Part shown: piece after piece, positions 38,424 to 46,883 of the stretch
Layout of the letters: every line of letters begins with the position of its first letter
How positions within the stretch are numbered: the stretch's first letter is position 1
Source: an uncultured virus (IMG/VR IMGVR_UViG_3300022907_001216)
Lineage: Duplodnaviria; Heunggongvirae; Uroviricota; Caudoviricetes
Virus record (IMG/VR): IMGVR_UViG_3300022907_001216
Length of the DNA: 64,000 nucleotides
Reading direction: 5' to 3' (one strand)
Made by a program: the position numbers and the translations under genes
Notes under the pieces: generated by a model
What the model saw: only the letters and a program-made list of their open reading frames with translations
Database searches by the model: none
Told to the model about the DNA's origin: nothing

Positions 38424-39795
38424 TAACTTCCTTACATAACGTAAAGAAGTCAGACATTTCTGGAAAACTTAATTCAAAATCTACATTACGTCTTCGATCT
38501 TGTTCTTTAAAAAAGTTATAAAAATCTCGGCGTCCTTCACGTATTTTATTCACATCGTATTCTGTAGTTTTCATATAGCTTACAACACGTCTAAATTTTT
38601 CATATTCCATTGTACTAAAATGTGTTTTACTGCCTTCTTTAAGATTATCTTGAATAAACTGTAAATGGCTTTCCATATAAGGCATATATTGTTCTTTTGG
38701 TAAAATATTAATATCGTATTGTAAAGGTTCTTTTAAATATGGAGTATCAAAATGTATACGTTGCCAGCGTCCGCTATTTACATCATTATATTTTGCTCGC
38801 CATTCTAATATTTTTTCTAACAATGTTTGAAATGTTGTTACACTAAAAATATTAAAAGTAATCATAAAAGTTACTGGTGCTGTAGTGTTAGTAAGGAAAT
38901 AATCAAGATTCCTTTCAAATACTTCTAAATCTAATCCATCTCTTATGTACTCAGCTCGTTGATTCCAGGTGTCAACACTAGTAAACAATTTAAACTGTTT
39001 AATTTTGTTTTGCGAAAGTAAACTATTTACACTGTCGGTAAATTTTGCTAATTGACGTTCTTTACCTCCTAAGTTACTGTTTACATTTAATTCAAGATTT
39101 GGCTTTGGATCTTTCTCAAGTTCGTCAAACAGTCTATATGTGCTTTTTTGTATTGTAGGCTCTCCGCCAGTAACACGCAAAATGTTTAGTGTCTTGCTAA
39201 CTTCAGGCCACCACTTCCACCACGCACGTACATACGGATTGCTATCTTCTTCGTATACACGAAACCAATCTACATCGCATCTATGATTTTTAACCATGTC
39301 ATACGGACCGTGTTGCCGTATTTCGTTGTAGTACCTGCTGCTTGCTTTAGGATGACAATACCCACATCTAAAGTTACACTCATTACCAAATGAAATTTCA
39401 ATGTATTCAGGATTAACATTAAAGTCCCAAGGTTTTAACTTTACTTCATTTAACCGTTCTTCATTGTAAATACTGCCACTGCGAATATGTCTATCACTAA
39501 CAAAATCAGGACCCATGTTTTCTACGTTCCAGCAATAGTTACAGCCAACACATTGCTTACCTTCTAACATCTCTTTACGTTCTTGTTTTTTGTGTTTAGT
39601 ATTATGTAAAGCACTTGGATTAGTAAAGAGCTCATCAACGTCAATAGCATGAGGAGCAGGGTGATAACAACTATGTGTTTCACCCGTTTGTAAATATATT
39701 GTTGTGTGATACCATTTAGCAAAACAAAATGTAGGAGAAAAATGTCGTGTTGTTATATCATTTACATATTTTGTTTTTTCTTTTTCAAAAGACAT
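38410..39795 (-). CDS. Radical SAM protein with variant N-terminal twitch domain (type C)
   Basis: FCFAKW...HSCYHP...CNYC; EISFGNECNFRCGYC; TGGEP. Confidence 0.9.
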   Translation of the reverse strand: MSFEKEKTKYVNDITTRHFSPTFCFAKWYHTTIYLQTGETHSCYHPAPHAIDVDELFTNPSALHNTKHKKQERKEMLEGKQCVGCNYCWNVENMGPDFVSDRHIRSGSIYNEERLNEVKLKPWDFNVNPEYIEISFGNECNFRCGYCHPKASSRYYNEIRQHGPYDMVKNHRCDVDWFRVYEEDSNPYVRAWWKWWPEVSKTLNILRVTGGEPTIQKSTYRLFDELEKDPKPNLELNVNSNLGGKERQLAKFTDSVNSLLSQNKIKQFKLFTSVDTWNQRAEYIRDGLDLEVFERNLDYFLTNTTAPVTFMITFNIFSVTTFQTLLEKILEWRAKYNDVNSGRWQRIHFDTPYLKEPLQYDINILPKEQYMPYMESHLQFIQDNLKEGSKTHFSTMEYEKFRRVVSYMKTTEYDVNKIREGRRDFYNFFKEQDRRRNVDFELSFPEMSDFFTLCKEVNGTF

Positions 39796-40728
39796 TTATG
39801 TTCCTTTTTTTGGATTTCTAGGCTGATTAACATAAACAGTCTTGAAAAAATTGCTTTGCGTAGCATCTAACGGATCAACAGCTATTGGAAGTTCTAATTC
39901 GTTAATGAGTTTATCCCCTAATTCTTGTGAATAGTATTCTATATCTTCTTCTACTAAATCAGTTTTAGCGTCCCAATATTCATTTAACCATTTAAAATCA
40001 CGGACATTTACAAAGTCCCAATCTGTACACATAGTTTTGTACAAACCTTCTCTTGCTCCATAAATTGCCCATCTTCCATTTTCAACATCGGCGCCAACCA
40101 TAAGCCAAATATATAATCTATGTAAATTTTTCCAATGATTTTTTAAAAAATCTTCTTTATTTACACGCATACCTCTGTCAAGTGCCATTTTAACACCTTC
40201 TCTAAATCCAGCACGCCATGCTTGATGTGGAGTTGCGTTATTCATAATTGTGCTATAACAACTATTCATTTGAATATATTCAATATCCCAACAAAAGTCA
40301 ACTTGCGCATGAATATTACTAGGATCAGCATTTTCGTGTGTACGCATACTTAATACTTTTTCCTTAGGCCAACATTTAATGCCGCCGTTGCCATACATTA
40401 GATTGTTAATAGTATTTCTAGCACTCCAGCTAATTACACAATCTTCTAACTTTGCTTCTTTATTCCAATGCGCATCTTCGTGTGATTCTAAATCAAACTC
40501 TTTAGCAAGAAACTCTTTATTAATAATGTTATCACCATCAATTGTAATAAATCTATCAGTTTCACTTAACTCAGCACATGCTTTGTGTGCGGCGTCACTG
40601 CCTTCAACTCCGTGTACACGTTTAGCCCAAGGTATTTTACTACACAAATCAGCATAATTTTTTTCAGCATTAGGCTCGTCATAGCTCAAGTAAATAATGT
40701 CATAGTCTAACACTCTAAATTTAGTCAT
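39796..40728 (-). CDS. Putative GT-A glycosyltransferase-like protein
   Basis: YDIIYLSYDEPNA...AKRVHGVEG...ITIDGD (DxD)...YGNGGIK...AWRAGFRE. Confidence 0.6.
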   Translation of the reverse strand: MTKFRVLDYDIIYLSYDEPNAEKNYADLCSKIPWAKRVHGVEGSDAAHKACAELSETDRFITIDGDNIINKEFLAKEFDLESHEDAHWNKEAKLEDCVISWSARNTINNLMYGNGGIKCWPKEKVLSMRTHENADPSNIHAQVDFCWDIEYIQMNSCYSTIMNNATPHQAWRAGFREGVKMALDRGMRVNKEDFLKNHWKNLHRLYIWLMVGADVENGRWAIYGAREGLYKTMCTDWDFVNVRDFKWLNEYWDAKTDLVEEDIEYYSQELGDKLINELELPIAVDPLDATQSNFFKTVYVNQPRNPKKGT

Positions 40729-41287
40729 TGATAACCTCGTGGTAATATGTATCTAATCTCTTTGTAGTATATACGCTTACAGAATCTATGTCAAGTTCGT
40801 AATCGCTAATAAAAGGTATTGATTTTATGTTATTTAAATCAATTTGAAAATATTGATACAGGTTATGAGGATCGTTCTTTCCACATACGCTAAAATTATA
40901 AGCAGCAGAAAAAATTAACTTCCTATTCTTAATGTTTTCATCTAACATAGGATCTAACTCTATATCCCACTGTTTTTTTATCACATTTTGTTTTATAGTT
41001 AGATCAGGTCTGTCTATTTTTGTTTTTGGAATTTTATAAATTTGATCGTTTATGTCAAATTTAATTTCATCTTCAACAAATCTACTTTTAATAATATGCT
41101 TTTTTTGTACTGAATCAAAAATAACAAAAAAAGAATCCATAGTTTTTATACCAGACATAATATCCCAAACATCTTCTATACTTGTTTTTAAATATTGTCC
41201 TTCGTCATTGTTATTATTTGAAATTTTAAGTATATTTCCAATTTCGTCAAAGTAAATATATCTTTCTGTAATAACTCCGTTTATCAT
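40721..41287 (-). CDS. Hypothetical protein
   Basis: 188-aa ORF that overlaps both neighbours within the operon. Confidence 0.7.
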   Translation of the reverse strand: MINGVITERYIYFDEIGNILKISNNNNDEGQYLKTSIEDVWDIMSGIKTMDSFFVIFDSVQKKHIIKSRFVEDEIKFDINDQIYKIPKTKIDRPDLTIKQNVIKKQWDIELDPMLDENIKNRKLIFSAAYNFSVCGKNDPHNLYQYFQIDLNNIKSIPFISDYELDIDSVSVYTTKRLDTYYHEVIND

Positions 41288-42126
41288 TTTATTCCTAATT
41301 TATTTTCATATGTTTTAATAATTTCTTTATTACAAAAAGTTTTTTCAGTGTAATGAAAAATTCCTGTTTGAGAATAATTACCTATTTTTAATTTACAATC
41401 ATTATTAAAATATGTTCCAACTTGTGCCTGCCAAGATTCAACATGAAGTTTTTTCCAACCTTGATTCCTTAATTTCATGTGTGTTATTGTAGGATAGTCA
41501 ATAGTATTTGTAATTTTATTTTCGCAATTAAGAATTTTTGTTACAATTGCCGCACTCACATCAATACTAGGCCATTTTTGAAAATATTTTCCTCCAGCAT
41601 ATTGTCCATAGAATAATTCCCAATTATTCATTACTAGTTCTAACCATTTATAAAATTGATGCGCAAATTTTGATTTTTTAAAATAATGAAACCCAGCATA
41701 CAAATTTGGCAAATTATGATTTCTAAATGCTTTTCTATAATAAATGTTGTCTGCTGTTGTGCCTCTATATGTTTTTACATGATTTACAAAGTATAAATCG
41801 TGTTTTTGTAATACACTTTGCCAATGATCTAAATTACTTAAAATTAAAACATCGCTGTCAATTACAGCACTTTCTTCAAACGGACAAGCATGATATATCT
41901 TCCATCTATTTTCAACTTTCCATTCGCTGTTACTACTGGCATCGTCAAAAGGAATAGGAACAATATGTTCAAAAAGATGTTGATATTTTTTAGGTACATC
42001 ATCATTGGTAATTAACGCAATCTTAGAGGTTGGATTGGTCAACTTTATACTCATAGCTGCTAGACATGCCTGCTGAACATAATCGTGTGTGCTATTTTGC
42101 GCAAATATTGTAAAATTAAGACTCAT
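41284..42126 (-). CDS. Nucleotide-diphospho-sugar transferase (GT-A, GT8-like)
   Basis: DYVQQACLAAMSIK, CPFEESAVIDSD (DxD), YAGFHYFKKS, THMK, FHYT. Confidence 0.65.
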   Translation of the reverse strand: MSLNFTIFAQNSTHDYVQQACLAAMSIKLTNPTSKIALITNDDVPKKYQHLFEHIVPIPFDDASSNSEWKVENRWKIYHACPFEESAVIDSDVLILSNLDHWQSVLQKHDLYFVNHVKTYRGTTADNIYYRKAFRNHNLPNLYAGFHYFKKSKFAHQFYKWLELVMNNWELFYGQYAGGKYFQKWPSIDVSAAIVTKILNCENKITNTIDYPTITHMKLRNQGWKKLHVESWQAQVGTYFNNDCKLKIGNYSQTGIFHYTEKTFCNKEIIKTYENKLGIK

Positions 42127-42958
42127 CGATTATCCTGTTTAAACTAAACTTATTCATTATATGTACATTTTGTTCTTTAGTAGACACAGGAAAATAATCA
42201 GCACTGGCTTCTTTTTGTACTAAAAAATTAAATTTATTATTATCTATACCAATACAAATATCATTATCAAGACTTACATATTTTTTACCAGGTAATGGCG
42301 TTACAAAATTGTTCCTCATATATCCGTTCATGATATGAGCAGCTATACTAAAAGCAAAATCATTCCTAAACGTTGGATTCATAATTTTATAAACAACTTT
42401 ATAATGATACCAATTATCTTTAATATGTCCTACAAGATCAAAAAATATTTTATTTACTTTCGTTTTTCTAAAAAATACAATAGTTGCCCAATAAAAGTCT
42501 ATTCCATTTGGTGAAATATGGCTAAACTCGGAAAAATCACGCCATCCGGCTAGATCAGTAGCCATGTTATACATCATTAAATCGTTGTTTTGTTTAAAAC
42601 AATTTGTTAACACATTATTTGCTAAGATGTAATCAGTATCCATTAATAATGTTTCGTCATATGGAGTTACGTCATAAGCAACGTTACGACTTGTGTTTTT
42701 CCATTCTAATTTATATTCTTGGAAAATACCGTCTCTGTATTTTTTATAACTTTTTGCTTTTTCGTTTTGTAAAGCAATAACATTATCAAACACTTGTATT
42801 TTATTGCTATAAGTTTTTTCCATATAGGAAACATTATCTGTCAATAACGTAACAGGAATATTTAAATGCTGTTGTATTTTTTCAGCACAAAAAATTGCTT
42901 GTTTAACGTAATCAACTTGAGAATTATTTCTTGCTATTAATAGAGCACCTCTGCTCAT
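42116..42958 (-). CDS. Nucleotide-diphospho-sugar transferase (GT-A, GT8-like)
   Basis: DYVKQAIFCA, TPYDETLLMDTD (DxD), WATIVFFRK, RNDFAFSIA, HIMNK. Paralog of 41284..42126. Confidence 0.65.
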   Translation of the reverse strand: MSRGALLIARNNSQVDYVKQAIFCAEKIQQHLNIPVTLLTDNVSYMEKTYSNKIQVFDNVIALQNEKAKSYKKYRDGIFQEYKLEWKNTSRNVAYDVTPYDETLLMDTDYILANNVLTNCFKQNNDLMMYNMATDLAGWRDFSEFSHISPNGIDFYWATIVFFRKTKVNKIFFDLVGHIKDNWYHYKVVYKIMNPTFRNDFAFSIAAHIMNGYMRNNFVTPLPGKKYVSLDNDICIGIDNNKFNFLVQKEASADYFPVSTKEQNVHIMNKFSLNRIIDES

Positions 42959-43299
42959 AAATCTATAATACCTTCTACTGTTCTGTTTGATATTAATTTA
43001 TCAAATTCAACATAGTACTTGTTACTTGCTTGGAAATATGTATCACGTATTCCATCTAAAAATTCTTGTGTTGTAACTTTTATTGGAATATTATTATCAT
43101 CTGTTAGAATTATTTCTTCTTGCTGAGATGACTCCATGGAAGAACAAAATGTTATCAATTCCTTTGTAGCTGTAAATGTACCACCATTGTGATAATACAT
43201 TAAATCTTCTTGATATTTTTCTTTAAGTAACCTTTTTTGATTATCTAGTGTAATCATATAATTACTAAAATCTAAAGCCTTTTCAAGTCTTTCGTCCAT
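42955..43299 (-). CDS. Hypothetical protein (possible fibre-assembly chaperone)
   Basis: 114 aa with SD GGAG; first gene after the sigma70 promoter. The functional guess rests on position and size only. Confidence 0.6.
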   Translation of the reverse strand: MDERLEKALDFSNYMITLDNQKRLLKEKYQEDLMYYHNGGTFTATKELITFCSSMESSQQEEIILTDDNNIPIKVTTQEFLDGIRDTYFQASNKYYVEFDKLISNRTVEGIIDL

Positions 43300-43325
43300 T
43301 CGTATACTCCGATATTACTACTGTA

Positions 43326-43354
43326 ATAATACACGAATATAAACTATTTGTCAA
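43326..43354 (-). promoter_or_regulatory. Sigma70-type promoter at the boundary of the structural and enzyme modules
   Basis: TTGACA (43354-43349, overlapping the upstream TGA stop), N17, TATTAT (43331-43326). Confidence 0.75.
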
Positions 43355-44400
43355 GTGGGAACACTAGTTGGATTGTTAGCTAGGCTATAAACTGTTGAAT
43401 AATTTACCTGAGTAACCGAACATGCTGTGTAAGTTGTGCTATCCCAAATAAATCCACTGTCAGGCGTATGTGGTTGAATACGGCTAGTTAAAGTGCCTCC
43501 AACTGCCTCATCAACAGGTGTTCCTGTACCGGCGCCGCCTAGATCGCCTGTCCCTGTATCTCCGTCATAAAACCTTATTCTAAATCTATACACACCAGCA
43601 GACACTCTAGTTCCGTATATTCTATAGTTGTTGTCATCGTATGCGCCGGATCCTGCTTTTTCATAAATTAAAGAATATCCACTTCCTAAGTCACTTATTC
43701 CAACATTGTAATTAGTGCCGGCAAAGTTAGAAGAACTAGATCCATTTTTATCAACATATATAACACCCATAGCATTGAGCAATGTCTGCCAATCGTCATC
43801 TTTAGTACCCACTGTACCAACTGTGCCGCCGGTTAAATCTGCTCTAAAAGTTATAAACCCTCCAGCATTTAGCCAAGCAGCTTCTTGATCTGCTCCATTA
43901 GCAAATTCAATTTCAACAATATGATAGATATCGTCTGTTGTGCTTGTATTGCCCCATGCTGTAGTTCGTTGATTTGTTAGTGTGCTTCCTGGAGTAAAAT
44001 TACCTGTAGGATAGTTTAAATGAGCAGTAAGATCAAAATTTTCAATATCAATTTTTACAGTGTTATAATCATTGAATCCCATAAGTGCGGAATTCGATAC
44101 AGCAGTTTCTGCTCCGGTTGCCTGATTGTAATCTAATGATTCGTCAGCACCAATTTTTTGTCCAACAGCTGGAGGTCTAAAATCTGCACTTAAAGATCCA
44201 TACATATGGACATATAAAGATTGAAGATCGATATATAAGTTAAATAATTGTTGTTCTGTTACACTATCAACATCGGCTGTAACATCACTAGAAAAAGCAG
44301 TTTGGTACCATTGGCTTGTGTATATAGAATCTACCGGATCACGTAGTTCATTATATTCTGCTGCTAATATTGTTGCGCCTACTGATACTGGTAATGCCAT
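43351..44400 (-). CDS. Putative virion structural protein
   Basis: Gly/Thr/Ser/Asp-rich. WLNAGGFIT...W..LL..MG...Y..NNY...F.DGD...VDE.V.GT shared with 44410..45333. Lies in the tail module. Confidence 0.65.
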   Translation of the reverse strand: MALPVSVGATILAAEYNELRDPVDSIYTSQWYQTAFSSDVTADVDSVTEQQLFNLYIDLQSLYVHMYGSLSADFRPPAVGQKIGADESLDYNQATGAETAVSNSALMGFNDYNTVKIDIENFDLTAHLNYPTGNFTPGSTLTNQRTTAWGNTSTTDDIYHIVEIEFANGADQEAAWLNAGGFITFRADLTGGTVGTVGTKDDDWQTLLNAMGVIYVDKNGSSSSNFAGTNYNVGISDLGSGYSLIYEKAGSGAYDDNNYRIYGTRVSAGVYRFRIRFYDGDTGTGDLGGAGTGTPVDEAVGGTLTSRIQPHTPDSGFIWDSTTYTACSVTQVNYSTVYSLANNPTSVPT

Positions 44401-44409
44401 AAATTATCC

Positions 44410-45333
44410 TTAGATTGTCAAGATATTACTATAATTAGGAGTTGGTACCTCTACATAAGAACCGGTTGCTCTTTGTTGCTCAACAATGCTATTAAACGTA
44501 CCTTCTACTGGTTCGTCTACTCCTGGTGTGCCATCTCCTGGTGGTATAGCATCGCCATCTGTATATTCAACACGGAATGTTATTATATTTCCTGCTGAAT
44601 TTAATTTTGCTTTGTATGTAATGTTATTGTTTTCGTAAGCACCTGCTCCTGGTTCGTAATACCATATATTAACATAACTGCCGCCTGCTGTCAAGTCATA
44701 TGCGCCAATATTATAATCTGTGCCTGCTGTTGCTACTGTATCAGTGTAACTAAACTTTACAGTTCCAACTGTTGATAACATGTTTTTCCAATTAGTAGTT
44801 TTTGTACCAGAGCCGCCAGTAATACTCGCTCTAGTTCTTACTTCTCCGCCTGAATTAAAAAATGCCCTTAGATGATCTCTATCTGTCCATGTTACTGACC
44901 ATTCGTGTATAATAGTCGGTAGTCCTGGTGCTCCCCATTGTGTAGTTCTTGTTACGCTTAACTTTGCTTCCGGCACAGTCATTTGGGCAATATTATATAA
45001 CAAATGATCTGTTTCAATTCTTGTTGATGCTGTTTCATATTCAACGTATACAGCGTCCGTTATATCATCAGAAGTAGAAATATCAGTTAACGTAGGTAAT
45101 GTATTTTGTTGGTGGACATATGCTTTTACAATATCTGTTTTTAAATTCTGCATATGTGTAGAATTAACCACTGTTGGATTGGTTGCTACATTTGTTGGCA
45201 AACTTGAGCTTGCTACTGCTTGTCCATACCCAAATGTTTCTCCGTAGGAACCGCCTCCAACTCCGAGAACTTTATTAGCTCTGTCTTGCATAATATTGTA
45301 TCTCGCAACAGAGATTATATCACCTACTGCCAT
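44410..45333 (-). CDS. Putative virion structural protein
   Basis: MAVGDIIS...FFNSGGEVR...W..ML..VG...YENNNI...VDEPVEGT; SD AGGAG. Confidence 0.65.
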   Translation of the reverse strand: MAVGDIISVARYNIMQDRANKVLGVGGGSYGETFGYGQAVASSSLPTNVATNPTVVNSTHMQNLKTDIVKAYVHQQNTLPTLTDISTSDDITDAVYVEYETASTRIETDHLLYNIAQMTVPEAKLSVTRTTQWGAPGLPTIIHEWSVTWTDRDHLRAFFNSGGEVRTRASITGGSGTKTTNWKNMLSTVGTVKFSYTDTVATAGTDYNIGAYDLTAGGSYVNIWYYEPGAGAYENNNITYKAKLNSAGNIITFRVEYTDGDAIPPGDGTPGVDEPVEGTFNSIVEQQRATGSYVEVPTPNYSNILTI

Positions 45334-45360
45334 GCTAACTCCTATTTAATAATACTTGTG

Positions 45361-45368
45361 TATTTATA
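45361..45368 (-). promoter_or_regulatory. T4-late-like promoter TATAAATA
   Basis: Perfect TATAAATA overlapping the stop codon of 45364..46848, upstream of the gene starting at 45333. Confidence 0.65.
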
Positions 45369-46848
45369 CTTTTAAAACGCACTCAACAAGTTTAATTGAT
45401 TCGTCGTCGTTAGATTCAAGAGCAACACCTACTAGCGCACTAGTAGCAACAGTTTTACAAATTCCGTTATCCCAAGCAAATATTGCTTGTCCTTTTTTGA
45501 CTGGTCCTTCGACTTTAACTGGAACACGACCTTTAAGGGCAATATATTGACCTTCGGCTTCACTATTCATCATAATAGCAGGATCTGTTGATACTACACC
45601 TATACATATATCGCTAGACTTAGCAGGACCTACTTCGCAACAGTCATCAGCTATTACTGCTACTGCTGTGCCTGGTTCTAGTTCAGTTTCACCAGTTGTA
45701 TATTTTTCAGCTAAATCAGCATAACGTGCTTGAGTAGCAGTACCAGTAAATATGTTTGCTACCAAGTTTCCGCTGCCGTCTCTAGCTGCTACAGTGTTAG
45801 GATCCGCAGTAGTTGCTGCTGCTCTAAATACTCCATTTACATTTAAAGTACTTGCTTGTGTAGCAGTTCCAGTAAATGTGTCAGCATAAACATTAGCAAA
45901 TTCGTTTATTGGGCCGCCTAAATTATTAGTTGATCTGGTAACAGGAAATATAGCTGAATTAGTAATAGTAAACTGATCAGAATCTCCACTATCTCTAATG
46001 TTTAGTATATTGTTGTTTAATTTAATTACTGGAGTCTGACCATCAGCATCAATAAAGTGTCTTATGTCTGTACCATTACCAATAGTAAATCCAGCATCAC
46101 CAAAATTTATTTCTGGGAACGGATTTGGTAAACTACTTGATCTTAAATAATCACTTGCTAAATATCCACCAAGTCTAAGAGCATTACTTGCCGATCCCCA
46201 ATACAGATTAGTTTCACCTGTTGAATCAACACCTGATACACCATCATTATCAACTGCTCGTAATGTAATACCTGATTTTATTGTAGGATATTCTGTATAT
46301 GACCATCCTGTAACATCTGGTTGTGAAACTTGTGGAGTAAATTCGTTTCTTGAAATTATAGCAATTATTTCATCATTATTGTAGGAAACAATCACTTCTC
46401 TTTTGTTTTGTGTTGAATCAATTAAATCTAAGGTACGCATTTCTGTTGTACCTGATGATGTTGATTGTGGTCCAATTAGGTTATATTCGTCGTTGGCATT
46501 TTTAGCATACAATTGATTTGTTGTTGTATTCCACCACAAATCGCCTTCGGATAATCCAGTTGGTTGATTTGCTGATACTTCTGCTCCGCTTACTGTTTTG
46601 TATTGTGTGCCGTCATACACTCTAATACGTTCAGATGTAGCGTCATACCACAGCATACCTGTAAGTGCTTTTGTTGGTGCGTTAGTTCCTGAAAAATTTT
46701 CTAATAAAAACAAAAAATTTTCGTTTTGTTGTTCGCCGTAACCTGCGTAGTTTTTACCAATTAGTTTAATTTCAGTTGTATCATCAACTGTGCCATCCTC
46801 GACAGTTGTTAACTGCGCCCCACTATATCTATTAATTATGTATGCCAT
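45364..46848 (-). CDS. Baseplate/tail-fibre protein with C-terminal intramolecular-chaperone-like domain
   Basis: N-terminal LIGKNYAGYGE..NENF..LLENF...G.LWYD domain shared with the next two genes; C-terminal ARYADLAEKY...IGVVST.P...IALKGRVPVKV. Confidence 0.7.
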   Translation of the reverse strand: MAYIINRYSGAQLTTVEDGTVDDTTEIKLIGKNYAGYGEQQNENFLFLLENFSGTNAPTKALTGMLWYDATSERIRVYDGTQYKTVSGAEVSANQPTGLSEGDLWWNTTTNQLYAKNANDEYNLIGPQSTSSGTTEMRTLDLIDSTQNKREVIVSYNNDEIIAIISRNEFTPQVSQPDVTGWSYTEYPTIKSGITLRAVDNDGVSGVDSTGETNLYWGSASNALRLGGYLASDYLRSSSLPNPFPEINFGDAGFTIGNGTDIRHFIDADGQTPVIKLNNNILNIRDSGDSDQFTITNSAIFPVTRSTNNLGGPINEFANVYADTFTGTATQASTLNVNGVFRAAATTADPNTVAARDGSGNLVANIFTGTATQARYADLAEKYTTGETELEPGTAVAVIADDCCEVGPAKSSDICIGVVSTDPAIMMNSEAEGQYIALKGRVPVKVEGPVKKGQAIFAWDNGICKTVATSALVGVALESNDDESIKLVECVLKV

Positions 46849-46875
46849 TTACTTCACCTTGTGTGTAATTTTAAG

Positions 46876-46882
46876 TATTTAT
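46876..46882 (-). promoter_or_regulatory. T4-late-like promoter box
   Basis: ATAAATA in the 35-bp gap upstream of 46848, followed by SD-like AAGGTGA. Confidence 0.55.
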
Positions 46883-46883
46883 C

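Noticed and set aside
1..39795. Naming the radical SAM genes as moaA, nrdG, pqqE, nirJ or anSME
   Set aside because: Only superfamily-level motifs match, and none of the partner genes (moaC, nrdD, pqqA-D, sulfatase) is present.
1..43299. Bacterial O-antigen, capsule or antibiotic biosynthesis locus
   Set aside because: No transporter, polymerase, flippase, regulator or membrane protein is evident; the region is contiguous with phage tail genes and uses TAAATA late-type boxes.
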